From the NCBI GenBank assembly GCA_024626585.2, contig JANKJI020000004.1, positions 172,562,177-172,581,572 on the forward strand: DNA of 19,396 nt. Reading direction: 5' to 3'. This stretch comes from Ginkgo biloba (Eukaryota; Plantae; Ginkgophyta). The translations under genes were made by a program, and so were the position numbers. Under the pieces are notes generated by a model, which saw only the letters and a program-made list of their open reading frames with translations, did no database searches and was not told the origin of the DNA. Below, piece after piece: positions 1 through 11,072 of the stretch (positions within the stretch are counted from its first letter, which is position 1; every line of letters begins with the position of its first letter).

Positions 1-129
1 TATCTTTAAGGGTGTATCTCATCTCAGGATCTAAAGCTTGTATATAGAAGCAGAAGTAAATATTTTGCCCGATGTGTTTGGAAACATGTAATCACATTTC
101 AACGGTTATTCAATGTTGTTCATTTGACC

Positions 130-837
130 TGCACTAAGTTATTTTCTCTTGTACCTCTGCTCTTCGCCTTTTTTGGTGTAACTACGAGGCCAGGATCAGT
201 TTTATTCATCAGTACTTGGTTATTCATTGTACAATCAACTCTACTCTGAATTTTGTCATGGCTTACCTTTGATCTTGGCCTTCTATGCTTGTGTTAGTAA
301 CACAAAGAGCTTTGCATATTAGGCTCAAACCGTATGAGGTCTTTACTGCTTATCTGAACTACAGAATGAATTTTCATTGTAATATGTCACCTCATTGTAA
401 TCCTCTTATGGTTATTAAAATGTCACACTCTGTGTATTGCTAAAAAATACCTAGAATTTGTAGGCCTCACCTTGTTCTTTTTCATGGCGGATTCCTCCAT
501 ATGCAAACATACCTGCCAATGCGTATTGCACCTGGCAGTGTAGAGGTGTAAGATTTTCAAGGATGATTGCCAAGCTTTTTGATGCAAGGCCACCTTCCCG
601 CATTAGGTGAATGTGCCGCTCCTCTTCTCCATATAATCAGAAATATTGATGACCACCGAATCATTTAATATTTGGATTGCAATGCTTGCTGTACCACCCA
701 GTAGATCGCATGGCAAGTGGGTGACTGCCAAGTCATACAACAGGGGTAGACTTCGAGGATAATACAACACTTGATCAATACCTAGCAATTAACCATTGTG
801 GTGGTCACGAGTCTTGCCATATGCGATCAACAACTGT
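130..837 (-). pseudogene. Decayed spliced reading frame of unknown family, 3' exons (about 837-471, 353-267, from 181)
   Basis: About 120-codon frame with only two TAA stops (LLIAYGKTRDHHNG*LLGIDQVLYYPRSLPLLYDLAVTHLPCDLLGG...KKNK) ending at AAG|GTGAGG (470). Intron 470-354, then an in-phase exon ISSKDLIRFEPN...RPRSK|GTAAGC (266), then intron 266-182 with CTGAT and a TAG acceptor. Confidence 0.45.
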
Positions 838-1370
838 CTATGTACAGTCCAACACTCACTCTCAACAATCAATCAGTCATTCAACAGATGCACAAAAAAC
901 AATACATATATAAGGCAAGAAGATCCATTTTAATCATCACAGATAGAAGGAATTTGATCTACCTCTAACTAACATAATTCTAATTCTCCAAATGGCTCTC
1001 NNNNNNNNNNNNNNNNNNNNNNNNNNNNNNNNNNNNNNNNNNNNNNNNNNNNNNNNNNNNNNNNNNNNNNNNNNNNNNNNNNNNNNNNNNNNNNNNNNNN
1101 NNNNNNNNNNNNNNNNNNNNNNNNNNNNNNNNNNNNNNNNNNNNNNNNNNNNNNNNNNNNNNNNNNNNNNNNNNNNNNNNNNNNNNNNNNNNNNNNNNNN
1201 NNNNNNNNNNNNNNNNNNNNNNNNNNNNNNNNNNNNNNNNNNNNNNNNNNNNNNNNNNNNNNNNNNNNNNNNNNNNNNNNNNNNNNNNNNNNNNNNNNNN
1301 NNNNNNNNNNNNNNNNNNNNNNNNNNNNNNNNNNNNNNNNNNNNNNNNNNNNNNNNNNNNNNNNNNNNNN

Positions 1371-2229
1371 CTTGAAAAATAATACAAATGGGAGACAATA
1401 ACTGAATACAAGATAAGAGACAAATTGGGATCTATGTGTAAAAGGGCTTGAGGAGTCCTCACCATGTGTAGGCAATGCACATTGCAGTTGTTTTGCACTC
1501 TCGGTCCCTTCATTCCAAGATACTAGGGTTGTAGACTTATTGCATCAAGCTGCTACAAGATGAATTGTTTCCCCAAATGGGAAAAGCCTCTTAGTCAAAG
1601 TGGAAAATGATTCTCTTTAGATGAGAATTACCTTGCATCATATCCCTTTAGAGTGAAATAAACGAAGTTGGCAAATAGAAGACGATTAAAGATGACAATA
1701 GTGATACCAGAATGATGGATAAGAGAATAAGCTTTGAGACCTCTATTTATACTAAAAGCTCACCACAAGTTGAGAATTTGTTTTTACCAATGAGAGGTTA
1801 GGGTGGCTGACGTGTCTCCCAAGGTCGTAGAACACCTAGAAAGGAGTGCCAAGTTACTAATCAAAGCTAAATACAAGTCCTTTTCTTTGAAATTCATGTC
1901 ACAAAAAACATATGCAAGGATTCTATGCTGCGACATTTTGTGGATTGTCACACATTTTGTCAACTTGTTTTTGACATGAAACTTACCCATATGATAAATT
2001 TCACTCTCTTTTGTCTATATTTGCACTTTAGCATCTTCAGATTGATGATTTGAATTCCACAAATGTTGTAACCAAACAAATGTATCAAGGTGCGTGTTTG
2101 GGTGTTAACACACAATAGGCACATGCTTACTTTGAATACTTGCTTATATAGCAACACAATTTATATTCAATCTTGATTGACTTCAAGCACTTAGAGAAAC
2201 AATTATTTCTAAATACATGGACTATGACA
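1371..2229 (-). mobile_element. Possible LTR remnant
   Basis: Minus-strand TATAAATAGAG at 1741-1751 and purine-rich agggacagg followed by TGTCA at 2229. No coding motifs. The left boundary is uncertain (in or before the 1001-1370 gap). Confidence 0.35.
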
Positions 2230-2322
2230 CCTGTCCCTAAATTGGCTCTCAACCCTTTCCCATGCCATTCTTCTTCTAGAAGCTTCCATATAAGATTTCA
2301 TACTTAGGGCTTCATAAGCTGC

Positions 2323-2489
2323 ATGGCAGATGTCAAAACATGGTTTGGGGTTTCTAAATCTCAAAATTTAGTTATAATCCATTGGTAAAAATCATCGCGA
2401 GTTTGATATTTAGTTTTCTCATTAGCGTTTTATATGGCAAATGCCACAACATGGTTCCATGGTTTCTAACCTTCGAAATTTAGTCATAA
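2323..2489. repeat. Degenerate direct repeat, two copies of about 55 bp, 111-bp period
   Basis: atggcagatgtcaaaacatggtt...aaatttagttataa (2323-2377) versus atggcaaatgccacaacatggtt...aaatttagtcataa (2434-2489). Confidence 0.7.
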
Positions 2490-2960
2490 GTAAGACATGA
2501 TAACAATTGCCTTCTCAAACTTTCATTGTTGAATCTACAATATTAACACGATGGCTATTTCTAGTTGGAGATTGGCATTTCTTTGTAGAATTTTTGAAGA
2601 TTTTCCTTAATTTTTGCTTTAGACAAAGTCAACTTGTCTTTGCTTCTTTTTAGTTTGAGTGAGTTTTCTTGCTTTTACTTAAAATGGATCTAAAGGTGGA
2701 TCCTTGAAGTCCTCTTTCTTTCTCTTGTCTAAAGGGGGAGCTCTTTGATTCTTTAAAATGATTGATTAGGCAGGGAGAGTGCTTTGAGTAAAGGAGTCGA
2801 TAATGGGTTGATTGTGTGTTAATTCATTCAAATGAGTCAATTTGTTTTAGAGTTATTGCAATGCCCCTCCATATTCCTTTCTAACCATTTTAGAGTCTTG
2901 CGATTTACTTCCCTTCTATTGAGCCATTAACCTGCCCTTTAGGCAAACATAACCCCATAG

Positions 2961-3417
2961 ATGGCTAGGAATGAGATCATTTTGAACCCTAATTTGCATG
3001 CTTCTTCTTTGTCTTATTCTTAGACCATGTTTGTAGCTATTAGAGCTTTGATCAATGAAGCCCAAAAGAGTCGGGAAGCTTGTTCTAGAAGTCTATCATG
3101 AGGGAAGCCTACCTCTGTTGATGTTATCGTTGTTCCAAAGCATTCCAATTTGGCTTCTTATTATCTGGCTTCCAGAATTTTGATGGGCTCTTTTCTAGGT
3201 AGTCCTCCACTAGAGACTGTGCTCAAAACCTAGATACGTGATACCTAGGAGATATATGGGGGGAAGGTGGTCTCCATTTACTTTGTCACTTGAGGGTTTT
3301 ATTCCATAGGTACTTTCTAGGTGGACGACATATTTCTCAATGAAAAAAGTTGTTTCCTATGATTGCCCTATGTGGGTATAGTTCTTTGGGTTGCCCATGC
3401 CTTATTAGGAGTCTTTA
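2961..3417 (+). mobile_element. L1 LINE ORF1 remnant (DUF4283-like)
   Basis: Frame from ATG 2961 reads ...ILMGSFLGSPPLETVLKT*IRDT*EIYGGKVVSIYFVT*GFYSI, then after a frameshift DCPMWV*FFGLPMPY*. This is the typical W...W...GF and PxWVxxxGLP pattern of plant L1 ORF1, with Trp codons mutated to TAG. Confidence 0.7.
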
Positions 3418-4589
3418 NNNNNNNNNNNNNNNNNNNNNNNNNNNNNNNNNNNNNNNNNNNNNNNNNNNNNNNNNNNNNNNNNNNNNNNNNNNNNNNNNNN
3501 NNNNNNNNNNNNNNNNNNNNNNNNNNNNNNNNNNNNNNNNNNNNNNNNNNNNNNNNNNNNNNNNNNNNNNNNNNNNNNNNNNNNNNNNNNNNNNNNNNNN
3601 NNNNNNNNNNNNNNNNNNNNNNNNNNNNNNNNNNNNNNNNNNNNNNNNNNNNNNNNNNNNNNNNNNNNNNNNNNNNNNNNNNNNNNNNNNNNNNNNNNNN
3701 NNNNNNNNNNNNNNNNNNNNNNNNNNNNNNNNNNNNNNNNNNNNNNNNNNNNNNNNNNNNNNNNNNNNNNNNNNNNNNNNNNNNNNNNNNNNNNNNNNNN
3801 NNNNNNNNNNNNNNNNNNNNNNNNNNNNNNNNNNNNNNNNNNNNNNNNNNNNNNNNNNNNNNNNNNNNNNNNNNNNNNNNNNNNNNNNNNNNNNNNNNNN
3901 NNNNNNNNNNNNNNNNNNNNNNNNNNNNNNNNNNNNNNNNNNNNNNNNNNNNNNNNNNNNNNNNNNNNNNNNNNNNNNNNNNNNNNNNNNNNNNNNNNNN
4001 NNNNNNNNNNNNNNNNNNNNNNNNNNNNNNNNNNNNNNNNNNNNNNNNNNNNNNNNNNNNNNNNNNNNNNNNNNNNNNNNNNNNNNNNNNNNNNNNNNNN
4101 NNNNNNNNNNNNNNNNNNNNNNNNNNNNNNNNNNNNNNNNNNNNNNNNNNNNNNNNNNNNNNNNNNTTTTTTACCATTATAGATTTTCTCCTAGATTTGA
4201 ATTACCACAAGCGCATCACTCAAAGGATTCCTTGCATGGATAACAAGTCCTTGAGATGGACGAATGCATAAGATCCTATTTTTGGGTAGAGATGCATTTT
4301 ATGGACCTAGCTTATCTATATAAAGCCATGAGTAAAAATCACTTCATTCATACATATGTATGAAATTTCCTCTTGGATTCACAAGAGAGACTTATTAACA
4401 CAAACAACCTTATAATATGTCCACATTGTTGTTCATATAGTCTTTACACTTTCAAGAACCTGGCATCGAGCCACAAGTTTAGCTAAGCATGCAACTGCAA
4501 TTTCATTCTTAGTCCTTCAGCTTTTAGGAAAAGGCGCGACGCCACAAAGGAAACCAGCAACAATGAGACAAAGGCACAATACGATAGGA

Positions 4590-4962
4590 AAAAGGCATGG
4601 TGTTGACAGACAAGGACCTACAACAAATAGCATGCTTCCTCTCAAATGGCATTCAATTGAGAAACCTACGTGGTTTCATATGAAATGTAGACTTGGGTTG
4701 TTTGACCCTAATAGACATGGGATGCATGATTCTCATGAACCCTAACTTACCTAATCCAATTTTAAGCTCAAGCATGAGAGAGGAGGCCAATCTTAAGAAG
4801 GCTAGATAGGGCCATGATCTCAAATGATGACATATTGAGAATCTACCATGAAGAAGGGAGACTTGTGAAAGTAGTAAGCCATGCCACCCTTTTTAATTAT
4901 TCTTCTATTTACTTCCAAGTAGCCTGGTGGGGAATATAATGCTAGTGAGAGCCTCCTCTTAC
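4590..4962 (+). mobile_element. L1 LINE ORF2 apurinic endonuclease, C-terminal remnant
   Basis: LT*SN (TWSN), ILRRLDRAMIS (RLDR motif) and TLFNYSSIYF (decayed SDHxPI) occur in the correct order. Confidence 0.7.
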
Positions 4963-5028
4963 NNNNNNNNNNNNNNNNNNNNNNNNNNNNNNNNNNNNNN
5001 NNNNNNNNNNNNNNNNNNNNNNNNNNNN

Positions 5029-5731
5029 GCTTATTTTGAAGCTTGAGGATCTAGAGTTCATCAACAATTGGAGACCTATAACCCATTTGAATGTCTCCTA
5101 TACAATCCTAGCCAAGGCTCTTGTTTGGAGAGTCATATTTCTACTCCCAGCTATAGTCAAGCTTGAGTAGACTACTTTCACCAAAGGGAGGTACATCTTA
5201 GACAATTGAATTGGGGTCTGAGAGCGTATGGAATGGGCTAGGCATATAGGGCAAGAGATTCTCTTCATGAATATTGATTTTGATAAAGCTTATGACAGAT
5301 TAGAGTGAGACTTCTTTTTTTTTCATGTTAGATGCTCTGGGTTTGGTCCATTCTATAAAAAAGCTATCAAAACATTGTTTGTTGAGGTCTTTGCTTGTAT
5401 GGCCATCAATGGTATCAAATCTGCATCTTTTGCTTTGTTTAGATCCACAAGACAAGGTTGTCCTCTAGCACCTACCTTGTATGGACTTACTACTGATGCA
5501 TTTGGGTACCTGATTAACCGTTGAGTCTTTTTTGTCTCAATCTATGGAGTTTTTCTTATCCCCTTGTGGAGATCAACAAATGGTGAATGGGACACTTTAG
5601 TGATGATTCTTTCCTTACCACCTAGGTTGAGGAGACAGATGTCCAAGAAACTATGAAGTGTATCTAGATCTTTTTTGATGCCCTTGGATCTAAAATTTAG
5701 TGGAAAAAGACCTTTTATTACTTCCTCAATC
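5029..5731 (+). mobile_element. L1 LINE ORF2 reverse transcriptase remnant
   Basis: NWRPITHLNVSYTILAKAL, KGRYILDN, IDFDKAYDRLE*, RSTRQGCPLAP and HFSDDSFL (FADD). Several stops and frameshifts. Collinear with the ORF1 and endonuclease remnants upstream. Confidence 0.92.
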
Positions 5732-6814
5732 NNNNNNNNNNNNNNNNNNNNNNNNNNNNNNNNNNNNNNNNNNNNNNNNNNNNNNNNNNNNNNNNNNNNN
5801 NNNNNNNNNNNNNNNNNNNNNNNNNNNNNNNGTCCTTGAGCCCATCCTTGAGCCCATTATTAACCATCATTTCGACACCATGTGGAGGCATGTTGGACCT
5901 TGCTTCAATATCTCCTAATAATAAATTGAGATTTACTTGTAGACCAATGTTCTTCTTCTTCCATATAACTTTCCTATACCTTGAGCTCATCTTCGAGTTT
6001 TGTGATTTCTAGAGTGAGCTTTGTGGTTGAACTGGGAATAAGATCAATGGCTGATTTGGTGATGACGGTTTCCCTCATAAATTTCTATTGTGTAGTTTGA
6101 ATTTGTTCTTTCTTTTTTCCTTCAATTTCCTCAACAAAGTCAGCTGGTCGATTGTTACTATAGTTAGGTCCATGCTTAAGAGGTTCCAACTTGAAAATTC
6201 TTGAGCCATTACTCCCAAGGCACTTGAACTATAGTGGTTAAGAGCACTTGGGAGCTCTCTTGTTGTGCCTCACCTTATCCATACGACTGGGTCTGCTCTT
6301 GTTGTTGATCATTTTGGTCAGTTTGGACAAATTGAGCTTGTTGTTGTTGCTCTCCCTCCTTGTTGGTCTCCTGCCCATCCTGTGTGCCTTGATCCTTTTG
6401 CTTTTGAGAGGAAGAGCATCTCAGACTCAACCTCCTTGATCTTATCGGTTATTGCTGGCCAAAGATACTTGTTGGAGCTTTGATTAGCACGGTCTTAGGG
6501 TCTACTAGGGAATTATGTTCTACTACTAGATTAGCTAGAGGGGCTTAGAAAACCTCTTCCTAGATTTTGGATAAAGTTCTGACCCAAATAAATTTAGAGG
6601 AAAGCCAATACCTCTTGATGGAAGATGGTGGTAGCCGGGCATTTGGATGCTTGGTTTTACAACTGGTCGATTAGAATGGTGAAAGCCCATTGCTATTTGG
6701 GTGAGAATAAAGGTTTCTATGCATTTAAGTTCCTTAAAGGAATTACATTGGCATCGACATGGGTGCTTACCTTTATGACCATTGTCTCCATTTAGTAGCT
6801 AGAGTTATGCCTCA

Positions 6815-7362
6815 AGCATGAAAATATAGGATGCCAAACCTCCTTTAGCTTTTCCATTACAACATACAACCCACTTAACTTTGGATAATCCCTTAGCCTC
6901 AGAAGTAACACTTCATAGAAAATTATGGATAAGAGATGTGATTATCTTATCTAGATTGAGTTAGAGGGAAGAAGGAAGGTTGAAAAGTACACATGAATAG
7001 GAGACAAGGTCCTTGTAGTAGCTTGTAGCATGTTAGGGAAGGAAAAGTCCCTTATGTTCCAGTAGGAAATTTTCTTATCAAGTCTATTACTTGTATAATT
7101 CCACATTTTTTTAGTTATAAAACCAAAGCTAAATGGTATGATAAGAAACCTAAGAACTTCACTATCCTGTAACATTTCTCATCCATACTTTGTGACCTAT
7201 ATAGGGGCTTCTCCTATACCAAGATAATAACACAAGCATTTTGGTAAACCTATAGATGAACTAAAGGAAATACAAAAGATATCTATCTATTTTATCAAGC
7301 ATTTTGCATTTTTTCAATTGGTCTAAGCCATAGCATTTGTGTCATCTATAATGGAGTTTATA
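6815..7362 (-). mobile_element. Second L1 LINE fragment (RT C-terminal region), truncated at both ends
   Basis: Minus strand reads IDDTNA (YADD position, about 7340), VLRFLIIPF (FRFLGIPF), KKISYW, NFL*S, KVKWVVCCNGKAKGGL (W..CC.PK..GGLG). Includes ORF 6951-7175. Confidence 0.8.
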
Positions 7363-7464
7363 TGTAGCGTTTACTTACAATGTTCATAGTTGTTATACAC
7401 AGTGTTCGTAGTTTGACATTCATTTAATCATTTATGTGCAATGATTTATCGTTTGACAATTTAC

Positions 7465-8400
7465 CCAGTGCAACGTTCAACCAACGCAGCATTCAGTGTT
7501 CTCCAGTCTGTGTTTAATGTAATGCAACATTCTCCCTTTGGTGTTCAACATGACCAGTGATTCCACAAGGTCCCCCAAACCAATCTCCTCCCAGAAAACA
7601 CCATCCCATCCACATGCTTCCATCGCTTCAGAGTATTTGCTACTCATCTGTTGCATGTGTGCATAATGTCCATTTGTAGACTGTAGTGTATAAAATGCGA
7701 GTATCATCTCCAGTAGCTGTATGCATAAATCACTCAGATCCATTCGCCTGAATGAAATTGCTTAGGATTCCTGCAAAACTTTCTTTCACCCATAATAGCT
7801 TAGGCGGTTGCATATAGTTTTCCTTGTTCATCAAAAACCCCTGATCGTGTGTGCAGTGCCAACGTCCATGTTGAGGTATACTGAGCTAGAGTGAATGCCT
7901 TCCCACCCCCTCCTTCTCGTGGCCTGCATTTGGCCCGCAGGCCTTCNNNNNNNNNNNNNNNNNNNNNNNNNNNNNNNNNNNNNNNNNNNNNNNNNNNNNN
8001 NNNNNNNNNNNNNNNNNNNNNNNNNNNNNNNNNNNNNNNNNNNNNNTTCCTATTTTGGATCAAAGTGCTTGGCTTGAATTGGTTCAATGCCATTTGCTAA
8101 CACACTATTGCATGATGTAGACCCTTTTTAGGCCTTTAGAAGAGTAAGAAAGAAATTATATTAATGTCCTCAAACGACAAAACGAAATGTTCATAGGATT
8201 GGGGTAACATTATGTGTGCAAGTGCCAAAGGAGTGCAAAAAGCATTTGTAGTCTACCTAAACAAAAAGGAATAGGATAAAATAAAGAAAGAAATTAAAAA
8301 ATAAGAAAGAAGGAAAGAGAAGTTTAGAATATTCTCACCTTCTTGCCATATTCCCTTTTTGCTTCTCAACCAAGGGTGAGCCATCGGTGTGAGGGTGTTG
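7465..8400 (-). pseudogene. Decayed spliced reading frame of unknown family, 5' exons
   Basis: 82-nt U-rich intron 8338-8257 (AG|GTGAG...tttgtttAG). Protein-like frames EGLRAKCRPRE...SGVFDEQGKLYATA and MDLSDLCIQLLEMILAFY...HYIKHRL (ORF 7477-7743). Donor TGG|GTAAAT at 7464. Confidence 0.4.
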
Positions 8401-8609
8401 GTTGTTTGTTGATTGGGCTATGTTTATTGTTGTAGCGATGACATTTGGACCAATCAACATTAGGGAGCTGATTGTTGTTGCGCTCTAATAGGCCATAAAA
8501 CATTTGTTTGGGTCCCACCCGACACTTTGTCATGCTAATCGTCCACTTACTTTGTTATAGCACAATTTTACTACATAAGTGGTTAGGGTTAGGGAGAATG
8601 CTTAATGCT

Positions 8610-8890
8610 AATTGGCTGACTACCTTGTCATATGCTGCCTTGGTCCCTAATGTGCCATCATTATTGCCACTAGGGCATTCAGATCCTTCCATGCCAATTA
8701 GCTAGCGCAAAACTCTTTGTTGTACCTGCTCCTTGGCGTACTATCATTAGTGCGACTAGGGCAGGGTCATCTCTGCACTTTAATTGGCTAGCGCAAAACT
8801 CTTTGTTGTCTTTGGTCCCTGACGCAACTAGTGCAAGGAGATTGTAGTGTGTTGATTGGTTGGCATTGCCATGAGTGTCTTCCTTGGTCC
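8610..8890. repeat. Degenerate tandem repeat, about 86-bp period
   Basis: aatt(a/g)gct starts at 8610, 8696 and 8782. Segments 8696-8723 and 8782-8809 are 27/28 identical. ttggtcc occurs at 8640, 8812 and 8884. Confidence 0.8.
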
Positions 8891-9164
8891 TTGATATGTT
8901 GGCATGCCTCAAACTCACTAGGGAGAGGGTCAACATTGATCTATCTCATATAGGGTTCCTCGATAAATGCCCATACTTCTTGCACTCTTATTTACATATA
9001 TTATTTAATTGAGCAATTTTTTAGCTCAACATTGCCCATTTTCCGCTATTCCTTATGTCGACTATCTAAATTTAGATTTCTCTAAGCTTCTCCATGTTGA
9101 TCCTTGTAGATGTTCATCAAGAAAGATCTTTATGTTCTTCAAGATCGTTGTAAGAGAGAACTAT

Positions 9165-9500
9165 GATGCTAAAAATAGATATACTGAAAGCATCTACTAT
9201 GATTGAGTGGCCCTTTACCATCTAAATTATGATTAAAAAAACTTTTCTAGCTCCTTTTATGGCGAGTTGCTTGCTTGAAGAGATCTATCATTGTTGTGTC
9301 CATTAAATGGAGATGAACTCCCTTCTTCAAAGCTTCTAGGGTTTAAACAAGGTTGCCCCCCTACTCTCCTTATAGATTCAAGTAGTTGGTGCCCTTTCAG
9401 GACTATTAGAATGGTTTTGAGAAGTAGGAATTCTAACAAGGGTCAAAGGACGTCAACACATAAAGGTAATCATTCATCTTGTGATGATTTGATTTCACTA
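9165..9500 (+). mobile_element. Third, highly decayed L1 RT fragment
   Basis: LKIDILKASTMIEWPF (KxDxxKAYDxxEW), LNG, GFKQGCP (RGLRQGCP) and SCDD in the correct order. Confidence 0.6.
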
Positions 9501-9577
9501 GAGGTGGATGCTGAAATTTTGAAATATTCACCCTCCAAAATACCTTCAATGACCTTTCCTCCTCTTTTAAACTTGAT

Positions 9578-10187
9578 TGATGGGAACTTTACCACCCTCA
9601 TTAATTCCCCCCTATGGAATAATTAACTACACATGGTGGTTGGAGTAAATTATATTAGTGTGGGAATCATCCCTTGTATTTAAATCTTATCAATTATTAT
9701 TTATTTATTTTTCTCACATCCCTTTGTTTCTCCTAGTGAGAAGTCCTCTTCATTCATCAAGTTATATACCCTTTACTTTGTATGTAATCTATTTATAACC
9801 CTCTATTCATCCATTTTATGAGTAACCTTTATCATTCACTAGCTATCTTGATGTGTTGTTCACCATTCACTTATTTGTTCATTGACCTGCTCATCATTCG
9901 TTGGTCCTTTATTTGTTTGTTGAAATCATTTTCCCATTCCTTGATCTATTCATTATTAATTTGGTCCTTTATCCATTCACCAAGGTTTATTGGTCATTCA
10001 CTTTGCCATTTTCCAAGTTCCTTAAGTCATTCTTTGACACTCCTTATCTTTTTTACTAAACTCTTTAGCCCATTTGTCAAGATTCCTTGACCTATTTGTC
10101 AAAGTTATTCTGCATATCCTCAAAATCACTTTAAGGGATTTAATATTTAAAAAATTATGGATGATTCCCCTTAATCATCTTCCCCTT
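9578..10187 (-). mobile_element. Probable 3' LTR (9578-10177) and polypurine tract (10178-10187) of the chromovirus
   Basis: Minus-strand AAGGGGAAGA is directly followed by TGATT just after the integrase end. TATAAATAG lies on the minus strand at about 9789-9797. The left boundary TGATGGGAA at 9578 is tentative. Confidence 0.5.
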
Positions 10188-10189
10188 GT

Positions 10190-11072
10190 TGTAAAATTTA
10201 TATGAGATCCTTCTTATTCTCTTCTTCAAACTCTTTCCATTTCTATTCATATTCTTTCTTTGGCTCTTATTCGATGATCTAGGTACTATTTTCATGTTGT
10301 AACTCTTTCCACCTCACTAGATACCTACTATGTGTGTCCCTTCTTGTCTTAACCACCTTCTTATCTAGTACCTCTATAATTTTCTCTTTCTTCTTCAGGG
10401 GAACCTGTTGTTGCCAATTATTTGTCTCTTCTACTACTTTCTCATCTCTTTCATGATACTTGTACAAATCTAAAATATTAAACACTAGATAAATATCATA
10501 CTCACTTGGAAGATAATTTATAATCATTATTGTTGATATTCTTGATAATATAAAACTTAAAAATATTTTTGTACTTCAACTTAGTGTATGTCCCTTAGGA
10601 AAACATGTCTTCCCACAAATAGACCCTCATCAAGTCTCCCATTTTAAACTCCCTATGCCTTCTTGACTAATTTGTTTCCTCTTTGTACCTATTTATTCTC
10701 TTCTCTAGATGTTATTTTACCTCCTCATGAATCTACTTCATATATTTTTCTAGTTCCTCTACATATCACTAATCCTTAATTTAGTAGCTCCACTAGGTCA
10801 ACTACTACTTTTAGTGTCCTACCATACACAACCTGGAATGGTGCAAATCTAGTAGACTAACTCACTTAATTATTGTAATTTAATTTAGACTATGATAACA
10901 CCAAATCCCATTATTTAGGTATTCTTCCAACTAAGATCCTCAATAGGTTTTTGAGTGACCTGTTCACCACTTCTATTTGTCCATTAGTTTGGAGATGATA
11001 GGCATTGTTGTATTGTAATCTTTTATCCAATGTCTTCCATAATATTCGCTAGAAATGACTCAAAAACTTATT
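10190..11072 (-). mobile_element. Ty3/gypsy chromovirus (CRM-like) integrase core, GPY/F region and chromodomain
   Basis: KFLSHF*RILWKTL...AYHLQTNGQIEVVNRSLKNLLR...WDLVL...PFQVVYG; GTYTKLK; LPSEYDIYLVFNILDLYKY; chromodomain IIEVLDKKVVKTRR...YLVRWK...ENST*I (ORF 10279-10527). Confidence 0.9.

Noticed and set aside
452-640. HUH-like motif in an alternative minus frame (YGEEERHIHL...GMFAY), suggesting a Replitron or Rep endonuclease
   Set aside because: That frame has five TGA stops upstream that coincide with T-GAY junctions of the neighbouring frame, which has only two stops and fits the splice phases. The motif spacing is also short. A profile search would settle it.
310-690. Ulp1 protease-like words (ILNDSVVIN, ISSKDLIRFEP)
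   Set aside because: They are in the wrong order, and no catalytic HW or Q..N..DCG motifs were seen.
4440-4590. CpG-containing segment within the L1 region, possibly a captured gene fragment
   Set aside because: Short, has stops, and shows no recognisable similarity.
6248-6483. Leu-rich, membrane-like plus-strand ORFs
   Set aside because: Antisense shadow of a Gln/Glu-rich minus-strand frame.
5029-7362. Single L1 with a twin-priming inversion
   Set aside because: Both pieces contain their own, dissimilar FADD region and the geometry does not fit; they are two separate insertions.
8583-8594. Interstitial telomere
   Set aside because: Only two TTAGGG units; kept only as a possible telo-box.
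9818-10090. Hydrophobic 90-aa ORF
   Set aside because: T-rich LTR sequence with no motifs.
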